Below, in pieces: positions 43,201-52,000 of a stretch of 64,000 nucleotides of DNA. The notes beneath the pieces are model-generated. The model was not told the origin of the DNA, did not search any database, and was given only the letters and a program-made list of their open reading frames with translations. How positions within the stretch are numbered: position 1 is the first letter of the stretch; the number at the start of each line of letters is the position of its first letter. Source of the stretch: a bacterium. GTDB lineage: Bacteria > Patescibacteriota > Minisyncoccia > UBA6257 > WO2-44-18. The DNA lies in contig JAUYMR010000042.1 of the NCBI GenBank assembly GCA_030698695.1, positions 3,174-67,173 of the forward strand, in the 5' to 3' direction. The position numbers were made by a program, and so were the translations under genes.

Positions 43201-43442
43201 TTTTCAACAACTACTATTGTGGTTTTTGATGGAGCAAAAAAATCAACAATGACGCTAACTGTATTTTTAGCGCCATCCACGACACCGCCGATTATTTCAT
43301 TTATTATTGTGGCCGATGACTGATCTAATCCTTGTACCCGATTCAATTGTCCGTCAGAAGCCGCTTGTGAATTAGAAAACAAAAACAGACCAATCGTTAG
43401 GCTAAAAAATATCAATCCTAAAATAACAATGTTTTTTATCAT
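37293..43442 (-). CDS. Giant secreted/surface protein: GIGT beta-repeats, two LVIVD-repeat regions, C-terminal intramolecular-chaperone-like domain, EEPAPA tail
   Basis: N-terminal hydrophobic signal; repeated GNVGIGTTSP; many GRYAYV...DISNP units; NDLAELY...GVISTSP...GRVPVKV..ENGPI..GD.LT. Confidence 0.85.
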   Translation of the reverse strand: MIKNIVILGLIFFSLTIGLFLFSNSQAASDGQLNRVQGLDQSSATIINEIIGGVVDGAKNTVSVIVDFFAPSKTTIVVVEKPISPVSSVGVDIKQTTNVSSSLSVANNYLAQAQTQITDLNPTSPTIPDIYDINSLEFVSSQNQTQQNQAPIFKPRTWPTLGEIFDSALLKAKNIFYAIGEWFTSSDADIVIDSGQDSPDTNIQNVTTSNNLLIQSQLQPTTTTIIREVSSGLLASNELLSRLSLLESQIGLLQVQNENKSEAIAELNKSLALSNRINSLGSVGDTNYLTISSPTINSPNITSPNFTNTISSLSVDSLTVSGTASITNGITNFTGTLGTTTITNLIVSNTSTSTFSGILSAATTTLSGSLTLGSLSGDPSGVGNGTLYYSTDTNGLRAYVNGAWGGVGGWGDNGTVVVLDTLTDSVGIGTSTPNNKLQIAATTSPQLLLTDIGGGTDLKHVYASSSAGALAFGILNDSLSTYTEWLRISNNGNVGIGTTSPYAKLSVVGEIVGAYFTSTTTATSTFAGPIAAATTGTGDLIVSGATTTGKLLLNPYGGQVLIGTSTLATTAEAKNSRLVVWGNIFNPATSTPTLVGSASATAPYDLSIVGRYAYVVGTGETLQIFDISTSSPALVSTLTLDTNPRTIYIAGNYAYIATDISFQIVDISNVKNPIIVSTTTLNIAQGLFVSGRYAYVGDSTIPLRVFDISNPTNPILTDSVAGNANPKSIFVSGKYVYMVNWNASKLAIYDASDPYDVVKISTYSFVTSNTGEIYVNNGYAYVTHYTDSKLYIFDVSDPYVTPVLLSSIDTETNPNGLSVSGRYAYVINYGANSLQTIDVSNPLSPVVVSTITIGANPSAVKVAGRYAYALSSSSGLQVYDISGIETTSAIVHSLEAGDLQVRNSVNISGNLNVYSGLNVGYGGVLSDGPIAVSASSTRDIISASFGNRVSIGTSTPYARLTVWGSGTGTGNLLQLVNNASTSVMTVLNNGNVGIGTTSPYAKLSIVGQVAAEYFTATSTTATSTFMGALGVGTSTPAEKFALSGRLYVGGTGTSTIENNLLVRGTLQVGTGTTYITSGGISSSGNLALTTSSGSLQFGSMIASTTAASTISGPGSPLTANNIGGDGDYVSGCLDYRIYSFKTVSGTVIYSSDYIETDSSKCDVDFWVAMTWNASDDPDVEGYRILRNIDSAGYSDYYDHTDLVNLGMIDDNTLGIFARDPDDFTKGSSLGTWTSGSTVTPTSVGGGLNTIPALTINNNGQLLIGTSTVATNVKDRLVVWGNIFNPATSTPSLLGYATLDDGVQSQEMAISGKYAYLTNSNGGNILVFDISTTSPAQVATVALTGGGPNPVSITIAGRYAYVMDQINTSLVIIDISDPLRPAIISSTNTGGGNGVTVVGGRAYIFGNSPSLAVWDITNPIAPNLVSTMDFSNNMRGAKVLGRYLYVLDGGNNALAKVDISTSTPAVIGSAPINMNAVTNNDLEVVGNYAYVTSDGGDDPLLEIFDISTSSPAKVSQLANAFRRPAGIKVRGRYAYVIAGKAFDDIASMHIFDVFDPASPVLIGSASTTNPNPESFDISGRRLFIGPQTGGSGTRVLEVRDISGIETVAANIHSLEAGEARIYKDVEIGGRLQVGGGVNIGTNGLLSAGPISVVATSTSLGNVTSATFGNRVAVGTTTPYSQFSVWGAGTGTGQLLQLVNNASTTIMTVLDNGLIGIGTTSPGGTLSIDNTNNNTLPALLINASGSDEGNTAISIAANDQCRDTNSLGDCVLNDLAELYPTSEALTGGDVVMFDGSSPAHISKATGPEKLAGVISTSPAIVFEGSHIKALSGFYSPDPDKAPLALSGRVPVKVNLENGPIVIGDPLTISSEAGVAKKANQAGRILGYAISNFDGPTEENHSKVLMFVNLTYWMPVSLESPVNQENSSLNLEGDGLVAQIINIVANWLRDALVTIKELIVGKLEVGSSSAPTGITLYDTETNQPYCLFVRNGLAETTSGVCSSLIQSQPESTEEPAPAEESAVEEAPAEEPAPAEEPALAPEEPAPAEEPTP
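37296..37425 (-). repeat. Imperfect tandem repeat encoding EEPAPA units
   Basis: ctcttc(a/t)gctggtgctggctc recurs several times at the 3' end of the giant gene. Confidence 0.8.
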
Positions 43443-43548
43443 TAACTAGCGCGTATTAAAATGATTATTTGCTTTCTATGCTTCTGCTTATAATTATAGC
43501 AAACTTAAGGCTTTTAGATCATTCATCTTGTGTGGATAACTTGATCGC

Positions 43549-46152
43549 CTACTTATTTCTATAAATCCATTTTCCAAATTCTATCAATGCGATATTGATA
43601 AAGCTGACTATCGCGACACCCCATAACCAACTTGGCGGCAAAGTAATCGTACCCAATAATCCTTGGAAAAATGGCACATAAACAGCCACAGCCATCAAGA
43701 CAAATCCTAACAATATGCTGAATATTATATATGGATTGGAAAATAGATTAATAGAGAAAATACTATGACTTAAACTGCGTACCGCCAAAATAGCAAACAA
43801 AGTATATGTTCCGAAAACCGTAAAAGTGAAGGTGTTAACCAATTTTTCTTCAAAGCCCAAATGAGTTAATCCGGCATAAATAATAAGCAACAAAACGCTG
43901 GTTAATACGCCGATGATCATTATTAAAAACTTCATTTCCGAATCTAATAGTCCCTTGGGAATCTTTGGCGGCTTCTGGCCTAAACGATCATGTCCGTCTT
44001 CAAATGCTAAAGCTATTCCGGGGAAACTATCAGTGAAAAAATTAACCCATAAAATCTGTAAAGGATTCAACGGCATTCCCAGCCCCAACGCCAAAGCCCC
44101 GCCTATCAAAATAACGGCGTCTAAAGAATCTGATAGTAGGTAGACAATTGCTTTACGAATATTGGCCAATATTCTCCGGCCTTCGTTGATGGCCTCTACA
44201 ATAGTTTCAAAATTATCATCAAGCAAAACCAAATCCGCCACATCTTTCGCCACGTCAGAACCAGAACCCATCCCGACTCCGATGTCCGCCTCTTTCAAGG
44301 TCGGCGCATCGTTGATTCCATCCCCCGTCATAGCCACCGTGGCGCCGCTAGCTTGATAAGCCTTGAGAATTCTTAATTTTCCTTGTGGGCTTATGCGAGA
44401 AACTATTTTTAAATTATCTAATTTTGATTTCAAAACCTCGTCACTCAAAGATTCTAATTCAGTGCCGTCAATCACTTGATCTGGGTTAATCACAAAACCA
44501 ATTTCTCTGGCTACTGATACAGCTGTCCCCATGTGATCACCGGTTATAATAACGACCTTAACTCCGGCGCTGGTGACGCGCTCCATGGCATCTTTGACTT
44601 CAGACCTCACCGGATCACGAAAAGAGATTGTCCCCAAAAAATCAGCTCCCTGAAAATTATTTCTATCGCTTAACGAAACCTTGCTCGTCAACTTCTTAAC
44701 TGCCACTGATAATACTCTGTCGCCACCATAAGCCATTTTATCAACTGCGGATAAAACTCTCTTTCTTTCTTCGGGCGTTAAATCAGCATATTTCAATATT
44801 ATCTCCGGCGCCCCGAATAGACTTAATAGATATCTATCATCGTTATTGTATTTAATGATTGACGCTGAAAATTTATTAGCTGAACTAAATGGCAAGTAAT
44901 CAACTACTTTTATATCTTTTTTTAGTTTGGGTAAAATAATATTTCTTCTAGCAGCCGCTTTGACAGCCGCTATCTCTAAAGGACGACCGATAATCTGCCA
45001 ATTGTCTGGAAGATCGTTGGGATTTTCTATAACCACGTCGCTATTAACAATGGCGAGTTCTATAATTTTATCGCTGATGTTTTCTCCTTTATCATGATCA
45101 CTAAAAACAGTTACGCGCGACAAATCCATTTTAGCCTGAGTTAAAGTTCCAGTTTTATCAGTTAACACGATGGATGTACTGCCCAACGTCTCGGCCGCCA
45201 ACAATTTTCTAACAATCCCCCTCTTGCCGGCTAAACGCTGAACACCTATCGCCAAAATCACCGTCAATACCACCGGCAAACCTTCGGGCACAGCCGAAAC
45301 CGCCATAGCCACCGCTATCAAAAACATATCAAAAACCGATTGCCCACTATAAACGCCCAAACCGAAAATAAGAGCTGTCAAGCCCAATAGAAAAAACCCT
45401 ATCCGCCAACTTAAACGCGCGACGCTTCCCTGTAGCGGAGTCTTTTCTCTCTCCGGCCTACCAACCAATAAAGCGATTTTTCCGATTTCGGTGTGCCGCC
45501 CAGTGGCCGTCACTACTGCATTGCCGAAACCCTGCACTGCTACTGTTCCGCTGAAAATCATTGATTGTTGGTCGGCTAACACAGTTTCAAAACTCATTGA
45601 TTCAACCGATTTAGGAACTGGCAAAGATTCACCGGTCAAAATAGATTGATCAACTTGTAAATCATTGGCGTAAATAATGCGCCCGTCAGCCGGTATTCTA
45701 TCTCCCTGTGATAAATGGATGATATCTCCAGGCACTAATTCAGTAACATCAACTTCTAATTCACGATTGTCGCGGAATACCCTAACGCGCTTTTCAATAT
45801 ATGTCCTCAAATGATCTAGGGCTTCTTCGGCTTTGTTTTCCTGATAGAAGCCAAGAACCGCGTTAACGAACGCCGCGGCTAAAATAAAAATTGTGTCTTT
45901 AAAGTCCTCTAAAAATAAAGTTATAGTGCCGGATATTAGAAGCAAAATAATAAAAGGGTTTTTAAATTGCCTCATAAAAATCTTTAATTTGGTAATTTTA
46001 CCCTTTTCTGGTAATTTATTTACACCAAAAAAGGACGAGCGCTGATTGACATCTTCGTGGGATAAACCGAAAGTGGTTGTCTCTAGCATATTCAAACACT
46101 CTTCCGCTGGTAGCGCCCAAAACGATCTCTTTAAAATTTCTTTGGTAATCAT
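43549..46152 (-). CDS. Cation-transporting P-type ATPase (type IIA, Ca2+-like)
   Basis: TGES, VPEGLP, DKTGTLT, TGDH, TGDGINDAP. Confidence 0.95.
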   Translation of the reverse strand: MITKEILKRSFWALPAEECLNMLETTTFGLSHEDVNQRSSFFGVNKLPEKGKITKLKIFMRQFKNPFIILLLISGTITLFLEDFKDTIFILAAAFVNAVLGFYQENKAEEALDHLRTYIEKRVRVFRDNRELEVDVTELVPGDIIHLSQGDRIPADGRIIYANDLQVDQSILTGESLPVPKSVESMSFETVLADQQSMIFSGTVAVQGFGNAVVTATGRHTEIGKIALLVGRPEREKTPLQGSVARLSWRIGFFLLGLTALIFGLGVYSGQSVFDMFLIAVAMAVSAVPEGLPVVLTVILAIGVQRLAGKRGIVRKLLAAETLGSTSIVLTDKTGTLTQAKMDLSRVTVFSDHDKGENISDKIIELAIVNSDVVIENPNDLPDNWQIIGRPLEIAAVKAAARRNIILPKLKKDIKVVDYLPFSSANKFSASIIKYNNDDRYLLSLFGAPEIILKYADLTPEERKRVLSAVDKMAYGGDRVLSVAVKKLTSKVSLSDRNNFQGADFLGTISFRDPVRSEVKDAMERVTSAGVKVVIITGDHMGTAVSVAREIGFVINPDQVIDGTELESLSDEVLKSKLDNLKIVSRISPQGKLRILKAYQASGATVAMTGDGINDAPTLKEADIGVGMGSGSDVAKDVADLVLLDDNFETIVEAINEGRRILANIRKAIVYLLSDSLDAVILIGGALALGLGMPLNPLQILWVNFFTDSFPGIALAFEDGHDRLGQKPPKIPKGLLDSEMKFLIMIIGVLTSVLLLIIYAGLTHLGFEEKLVNTFTFTVFGTYTLFAILAVRSLSHSIFSINLFSNPYIIFSILLGFVLMAVAVYVPFFQGLLGTITLPPSWLWGVAIVSFINIALIEFGKWIYRNK

Positions 46153-46243
46153 ATTTTGTATAGATGTTGCAATAATATCTTAATTCATTATATATTGTTA
46201 ACTGATTCATTGAAACCTAAAAACCCCAACGGAGGATGCGCTT

Positions 46244-46867
46244 ATGTCTGACAGGAAGCATGGCCAATTAACAGTTGTCGCCGGAACGATGTTTTCCGGA
46301 AAAACAGATCGTTTGATTGATAAAGCTGTGAAGCTCGGCGACTACGGCAAAAAAGGCGGCAGGAATAATGTGGTGGTCGTCTTTAAGCCAACTATTGACA
46401 CTCGTAGCCCTGCCGGCTTTATCAAAAGCGAAACTGGCAAACAACTTCCGTGTATAGATATTGCATCCGATAAACCGGAGAATATGATCTCCTATCTCAA
46501 AGATCATTCAGATGTCACTCATGTGTTTATTGACGAAGCTCAGTTCTTCCCCCAAACCAAAAAATTCGTAAGAATTATTATTTACATCTTGGATATGGGG
46601 GTGGACGTGTGGGCCGCCGGCTTACCTTTAGATTTTCGTTGTGAACCATTTGGAGCTATGCCTTATTTGCTGGCTAGAGCCGATATTATCATTCAACTGA
46701 ACGAAGCTCACTGCAATGAATGTGGGGAGTCTGGTACTTTCCCTCAACGCTTGGTCAATAGCAAACCAGCTAATTACAATGATCAGCTGATTGTTGTTGG
46801 CGGCAAAGATTCTTATGAAGTGCGTTGTCGGGAATGTCACGAGCTCCCCGGCAAACCAACATTTTAA
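46244..46867 (+). CDS. tdk: Thymidine kinase
   Basis: GTMFSGKT, FKPTIDTR, IDEAQF, AGL..DF..EPF, YEVRCRECH. Confidence 0.95.
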   Translation: MSDRKHGQLTVVAGTMFSGKTDRLIDKAVKLGDYGKKGGRNNVVVVFKPTIDTRSPAGFIKSETGKQLPCIDIASDKPENMISYLKDHSDVTHVFIDEAQFFPQTKKFVRIIIYILDMGVDVWAAGLPLDFRCEPFGAMPYLLARADIIIQLNEAHCNECGESGTFPQRLVNSKPANYNDQLIVVGGKDSYEVRCRECHELPGKPTF

Positions 46868-46876
46868 AAACAACAC

Positions 46877-46903
46877 AGCCCCGATATATCGGGGCTATTT
46901 TTT
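46877..46903 (+). terminator. Intrinsic terminator after tdk
   Basis: AGCCCCGA-tata-TCGGGGCT followed by ATTTTTT. Confidence 0.75.
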
Positions 46904-46909
46904 AGGTCT

Positions 46910-47692
46910 TCATCTATGGTCGTCATCAAAAAATTCGTAATAAGACAACACGCAAATTGCCGCCATAATAAACCACGCAAAAAATTCTTCAAAAGGAAAT
47001 CTGTAACCGAATAATTCCACCCAACCGACAAAATTATCACCGGGAAACGCCCACTGTCCCAATTCCAAACCAGTTAATTCAAATAATAAAGCTATCAAGA
47101 AAAAATAGGCGGCAGTTTTAACATACTTGGAAAGCAATCTCGGAAAGAATGATAAAAAGGTTATTGACGGCAATATGGAAACTATTATTAAAATCCATAA
47201 ATAAGCATAACGCATCATTAACAATCCCGGATTAATTAACCAAATTATCAAAAACGTTATAAAAATGACAATCAACGGCCATATCAGATATTTCATTCGC
47301 CTATCCACCAGTTGCTCCCTGCCCTTATCCAAAAAATGTTCATAAAAAATGATGATATTGTAAATCAAAAAGAAAAACCAAACCAAATCTTCAATCGGCA
47401 CAATGTCAAAAAAACGGAAAGGAAGAACCGTGACCGGAACAAGCCATGAGCCACTCAAAGTGCCAATATAATCCAAAATAATACCAACCGGAATTGAAAA
47501 GATTAAAGAAAATATTAAAGTTTTTAAGATTGTTGATGGGGTTCTGATGGAAAGCCATAATGATGGCAATCCCAAAAACAACAATGTTGATATTAAAAAA
47601 TTGGCTCTGATAGCCAACGACAACACAACTGCCAATACTGGGAAAAAAATTAATAAAACAATATCAAGCTTCTTCAATAACGATTCATTCAT
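46910..47692 (-). CDS. Membrane protein with two lycopene-cyclase-like (CrtYc/d-type) repeats
   Basis: Two halves, each with D/E...G.W followed by PIED or PFEE. Confidence 0.6.
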   Translation of the reverse strand: MNESLLKKLDIVLLIFFPVLAVVLSLAIRANFLISTLLFLGLPSLWLSIRTPSTILKTLIFSLIFSIPVGIILDYIGTLSGSWLVPVTVLPFRFFDIVPIEDLVWFFFLIYNIIIFYEHFLDKGREQLVDRRMKYLIWPLIVIFITFLIIWLINPGLLMMRYAYLWILIIVSILPSITFLSFFPRLLSKYVKTAAYFFLIALLFELTGLELGQWAFPGDNFVGWVELFGYRFPFEEFFAWFIMAAICVLSYYEFFDDDHR

Positions 47693-48016
47693 AATCTATA
47701 CGCTAATTTTAACCGATTTTATTTCTTTAGAATACACAGTCGGAAAATTTGTTTATTATATCGCTATCGTTAAAAATCTAAACTTTAGATAATATTTTCA
47801 ACATAGTAACTTTTCACGCGGAGCGGCCCTATCCACATCTTAAACGGGCACATAAACTTAGTCGAAATATATCTTACACATTTGTTTGTAATTAAATACT
47901 TGTTTATAAAGGCACGTCCGGAACCAGACTTAAAATATTTCTTAAACTCAAAAGATTTATATCTACCATCAACGGCAAAGTAAAATCCTAAACTTACAGG
48001 CAGACGATCAATTTAG

Positions 48017-48062
48017 AATATATAACACTTATATTACGATCGTCAAATAAGTGTTATATATT
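48017..48062. repeat. 46-bp near-perfect AT-rich palindrome
   Basis: AATATATAACACTTAT-att-ACGATCGT-caa-ATAAGTGTTATATATT. Confidence 0.85.
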
Positions 48063-48147
48063 TCCAAATATATCCACGCCATAAATAAACTATATACTTA
48101 AAACATAAAGGTATTATGACGAGGGGCCTCCTTAGCGAACTCACTAG

Positions 48148-48234
48148 CGGAAGCGGGAGGATTCGAACCTCCGAGGCCCTTTCGGACCTTCCGGTTTTCA
48201 AAACCGGTGCATTCGGCCTCTCTGCCACGCTTCC
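48148..48234 (-). tRNA. tRNA-Ser (TGA)
   Basis: GGAAGCG acceptor stem, CCGGT-TTTGAAA-ACCGG arm, long variable arm, GTTCGAATC. Confidence 0.95.
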
Positions 48235-48368
48235 CACTCGTTTAAAATATCATTTTCTTTGATTTTAGAAAAGACATGATACAATTAATGTAATCCCTCG
48301 TCGCTTCGCTTACTCGGGATGATTGAAATCCTAAAATGCAATTAAACATTATAAAAATTTCTAATCAC

Positions 48369-49673
48369 ATGAAAAAAATATATTTACTAACAATCATAGG
48401 AATTTTATTAATAACCGCTTCGGTTTCAGCCGCCAACGAAGAAAAGTCTTATATTTTAAGTTTCGCCAATGATCCGACAGCTGGAACAGCCCTTAATCCA
48501 CAATTCGCCATTCCCCTGCCGGCAGAGATTACAATCATCAACGCGCCAGATAACGCCGCTTTCTCGGATTCCATACTTTATCTTATCGGTCCAGAAACTA
48601 TAATACCTGGTTCATCTTGGGATATTGAAATAACCATATCCGGCCCCGCCGAAATTCTTGATAATCTTAACAACAAGGAGCTTGCTTATGGCTGGCAGGA
48701 TGAAAATTTTATCGGCGAGGGACGAGTTGTTTTGATGATGGTCGGACAACCAAATTTTATCCAGACGCTTAGATCAAATGTTCAAATTCTAAGCCAGATT
48801 AAAAAAGTTGGTGTTCCACTAGCTATCGGCTTAGGCGGCGTCGGAGTAATTTCTTTGGGAATAACCGCTGTTTCCACTAGCGCTTCGTTAGCATTTAATT
48901 TGGCTGAATTTTTACGCTATTTGGCGTTTGGTTTTCTTAGATTTAAGAAGCGCAAACCTTGGGGCACGGTTCATAATGAAATAACTAGCAGTCCGGTCGC
49001 TGGCGCTTTGGTCAAAATTTTTGATACTAAAACGCAAAAGCTAAAAGAAACCCAGCTAACCGACAAAGACGGCCGTTTTGGTTTTCTGGTGCAACCGGGA
49101 GATTATTATATCAAAACATCTCGTCATGGTTTCATAGAAAATCAAAGCGATGTTTTTAAAGTTGTTGAATCCGAAGTTATGACCGATATTAATGTCCCTC
49201 TTTTACCTCTAGCCGCCGACACTAAAACAACCGCCGCCGTCTGGCACGCCATCAAACATTTCATTACCACCATCAGCCCCTACGTCTTAGCTCTGGGGAG
49301 CATCTTGAGCGCCGCCATTGCCATTATCGTTCCCAGTAAAGTAAACATCGGCATATTGATAATCTATGTCGTGATAGACATTATTAAAATTATTATTTCT
49401 ATTCAAACCATTAGACCCTTTGGCTTGGTTGAAGATCAAAAAACCGATAAAACTCTTGATTTAGCAGTTGTCAGAATATTTGATTTGCAAAAAAATTGGC
49501 TCCTCAACACCAAAGTTACCGACCTAGATGGCAAATTTGATTTCTTGGTTATGCCGGGATCATATTACCTAACCGCCGCCAGGGATGGCTACCAGCCATT
49601 CCATTCCAAAGCAATAAAAATCACCGAATCGGGTCTTATCAATCTTGATATTAAATTGGCTGGCGAAAAATAA
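48369..49673 (+). CDS. Membrane protein with two carboxypeptidase-regulatory-like domains
   Basis: Signal peptide MKKIYLL; duplicated (W/F)G.V...V.I(F)D...TD.DG.F.FLV.PG.YY motif. Confidence 0.75.
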   Translation: MKKIYLLTIIGILLITASVSAANEEKSYILSFANDPTAGTALNPQFAIPLPAEITIINAPDNAAFSDSILYLIGPETIIPGSSWDIEITISGPAEILDNLNNKELAYGWQDENFIGEGRVVLMMVGQPNFIQTLRSNVQILSQIKKVGVPLAIGLGGVGVISLGITAVSTSASLAFNLAEFLRYLAFGFLRFKKRKPWGTVHNEITSSPVAGALVKIFDTKTQKLKETQLTDKDGRFGFLVQPGDYYIKTSRHGFIENQSDVFKVVESEVMTDINVPLLPLAADTKTTAAVWHAIKHFITTISPYVLALGSILSAAIAIIVPSKVNIGILIIYVVIDIIKIIISIQTIRPFGLVEDQKTDKTLDLAVVRIFDLQKNWLLNTKVTDLDGKFDFLVMPGSYYLTAARDGYQPFHSKAIKITESGLINLDIKLAGEK

Positions 49674-51201
49674 CTCCCAACAAACTATTACCTATCATAG
49701 TTTGAGGTTTGGCTAATTCTAATAATTCTAAGATGGTGGGGGCAACATCGGGCAAAATCCCGCCTATGTTTATTTTCATATCAGCCGCCCCCTCCCCTTG
49801 TCTATCTTTAGTTACCAACCAAAGGGGCACCGGATTAACTGAATGTTCGGTGTCTATTTGTCCAGTCTCCGGATTAATCATTTCCTCGCAATTCCCATGA
49901 TCTGCGGTAATAATTAAAGCCCCCCCAACATCCAAAACCTCTTTGCTAATGGCTCCGATACATTCATCAACCGTTTCCATAGCTTTAATACTCGCCGTCA
50001 AATTGCCGGTATGGCCGACCATATCGCCGTTAGCAAAATTCACCACAATAAAATCATATTTATTTTCTTTTATCGCCACTATCAATCTTTGCGTAATTTC
50101 ATAAGCTCCCATTTCTGGTTTTTTGTCATAACTATCAACTTTGGGCGACGATATTAAAATCCTATCTTCACCCGGAAACGGCTTTTCTCTACCGCCATTG
50201 AAGAAATAAGTAACGTGGGCATATTTTTCCGTTTCGGTAATATGTAATTGTTTTTTGTCAGCGGACGAGATAATTCCCGCCAATGGTTGCAAAACGTTTT
50301 CCGGCTTAAAGACAACAGGGATTTTAAACTGTTCATCATACTGGGTCATTGATAATAAAAATTTATCGTCGGACGCGTATTTAATAAACTCGGCTGTTAA
50401 TTGTCTCGCGCGGTCGGGACGAAAATTGAAAAACACAACAGCATCCCCGTCTTTAATCGGACCTATAGACTGTTTATTCTCATCTACTATAACACTGGGC
50501 TCAATGAACTCATCCGTCTTTTTATTATTGTAAGCATTGTTTATAGCTTCCATGACATCGGTATACTGATCCCCCTTGCCCAAAGCTATTGATTCATACG
50601 CCGCCTGCGTTCGTTCCCAACGCTGATCACGATCCATGGCATAATAACGACCGCATACGGAAGCTATAGTCCCTATTTTTAATTCTTTAATTTTATTATT
50701 CAACTCTTCAATAAAAGTTGGCGCTGATTGTATCGGCGCGTCACGTCCATCGGTAAAAATATGAATAAATACTTGCCTGGTAAATTTCTTGTCAGCTAAT
50801 AATTTTAAGATTGCAAATAAATGATTATAGTGAGAATGGACTCCTCCATTGGAAAGTAGGCCGACTAAATGAACAGCGGATTGATTTTTATTGGCATGGT
50901 CAATGACTTGTCGCCAGACTTCAAAATCAGAAAATTCATTGCTAGCAATTGATTGATTAATCTGCGACAGATATTGGTACATTATTGATCCAGAACCTAT
51001 GGCCGTATGTCCGACCTCAGAATTACCAACCTCTCCCCAAGGAATGCCGACAGTTAAGCCAGCCGCCTGCAGAGCAGTGCCGGGATAAATCTGACTAATC
51101 TTTCGCAAATTAGGCAACTTGGCCATAGCCACGGCATTGCCCTTTTCCTCTACAGACAATCCAACGCCGTCCATTATTACTAAAACCAGCGGCTTATACA
51201 T
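49651..51201 (-). CDS. gpmI: 2,3-bisphosphoglycerate-independent phosphoglycerate mutase
   Basis: GNSEVGH, GGVHSH, GRYYAMDRD, ETEKYAHVT, DMVGHTG, TADHGN. Confidence 0.98.
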   Translation of the reverse strand: MYKPLVLVIMDGVGLSVEEKGNAVAMAKLPNLRKISQIYPGTALQAAGLTVGIPWGEVGNSEVGHTAIGSGSIMYQYLSQINQSIASNEFSDFEVWRQVIDHANKNQSAVHLVGLLSNGGVHSHYNHLFAILKLLADKKFTRQVFIHIFTDGRDAPIQSAPTFIEELNNKIKELKIGTIASVCGRYYAMDRDQRWERTQAAYESIALGKGDQYTDVMEAINNAYNNKKTDEFIEPSVIVDENKQSIGPIKDGDAVVFFNFRPDRARQLTAEFIKYASDDKFLLSMTQYDEQFKIPVVFKPENVLQPLAGIISSADKKQLHITETEKYAHVTYFFNGGREKPFPGEDRILISSPKVDSYDKKPEMGAYEITQRLIVAIKENKYDFIVVNFANGDMVGHTGNLTASIKAMETVDECIGAISKEVLDVGGALIITADHGNCEEMINPETGQIDTEHSVNPVPLWLVTKDRQGEGAADMKINIGGILPDVAPTILELLELAKPQTMIGNSLLGVIFRQPI

Positions 51202-51258
51202 ATAAACAATTATAGCACTCTTGAGTTATCTTCCAGAACGGGTAGAATATAAACTATC

Positions 51259-51332
51259 GCGGGTATCGTATAGTGGCAATACCTCAGCTTTCCAAGCTGA
51301 AGCCGGGGGTTCGATTCCCCCTACCCGCTCCA
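51259..51332 (+). tRNA. tRNA-Gly (TCC)
   Basis: GCGGGTA acceptor stem, TCAGC-TTTCCAA-GCTGA arm, encoded CCA. Confidence 0.95.
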
Positions 51333-51392
51333 GATATCGCCCGTCCATAACGAGATTGACTTTGCTATTAAATCATCCTAAGATAAGACTTG

Positions 51393-51998
51393 ATGAAATT
51401 AAGAACTTGGCATTGGGCATCCGGCATCTCTATTATCCTCATAGCTATTGCTATAGCCAGCTATTGGATTATGTCAGGCCCTAACGTGCCTCAAGAATTT
51501 TCTGAGGCCAGAATAAAAGGCGCTGAAATCGCCGAAGAAATTCTTGCTCAACAAGCTAATACGCTACAGACCTTGGAAAAGATTGCTCAATTTGATAAGG
51601 CGCGCAATACAGCCCAAGCGCTTATTTTAATATCTGAAGAAGTCATCCGCAACCGCGAAGCCAACTCCAAAGCAATAAAATTATCATCTCAATTACAAAG
51701 AATGGCCTCTGCCCTGACATCTATCAAACCAAATATAGCTCAAACATTGGCTACTCAAGCTGTCACTTCCGAAGTTTCTTTAGTTAGTAGATTATTAAGC
51801 TACAACGACTATCTCTCTCAGCTTTTTGAAGTATTAAAAGACAAGTTTGAGGGCAAGGCTACATATACAACCACCAAAATACAAGACTTGATAAACAATA
51901 TAAACGATGAGGTTAAGGCCATTAACGATCTCAATAAAGATTTTACTTACGCTCTCAATAGTTTTGACGCCCTATTTATAGATGGCGTCGCGCGTTAA
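51393..51998 (+). CDS. Hypothetical membrane-anchored helical protein
   Basis: Reads on the + strand (ATG AAA TTA AGA ACT TGG at 51393, TAA at 51996-51998); the ORF track's '-' label is wrong. N-terminal TM helix. Confidence 0.75.
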   Translation: MKLRTWHWASGISIILIAIAIASYWIMSGPNVPQEFSEARIKGAEIAEEILAQQANTLQTLEKIAQFDKARNTAQALILISEEVIRNREANSKAIKLSSQLQRMASALTSIKPNIAQTLATQAVTSEVSLVSRLLSYNDYLSQLFEVLKDKFEGKATYTTTKIQDLINNINDEVKAINDLNKDFTYALNSFDALFIDGVAR

Positions 51999-52000
51999 GA

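Noticed and set aside
37293-43442. Diversity-generating retroelement or prophage tail gene
   Set aside because: No reverse transcriptase, no adenine-specific TR/VR pair and no other phage genes were seen; the protein has a signal peptide.
51390-51998. ORF-track strand label '-'
   Set aside because: The listed peptide is encoded on the + strand, so the feature is annotated as +.
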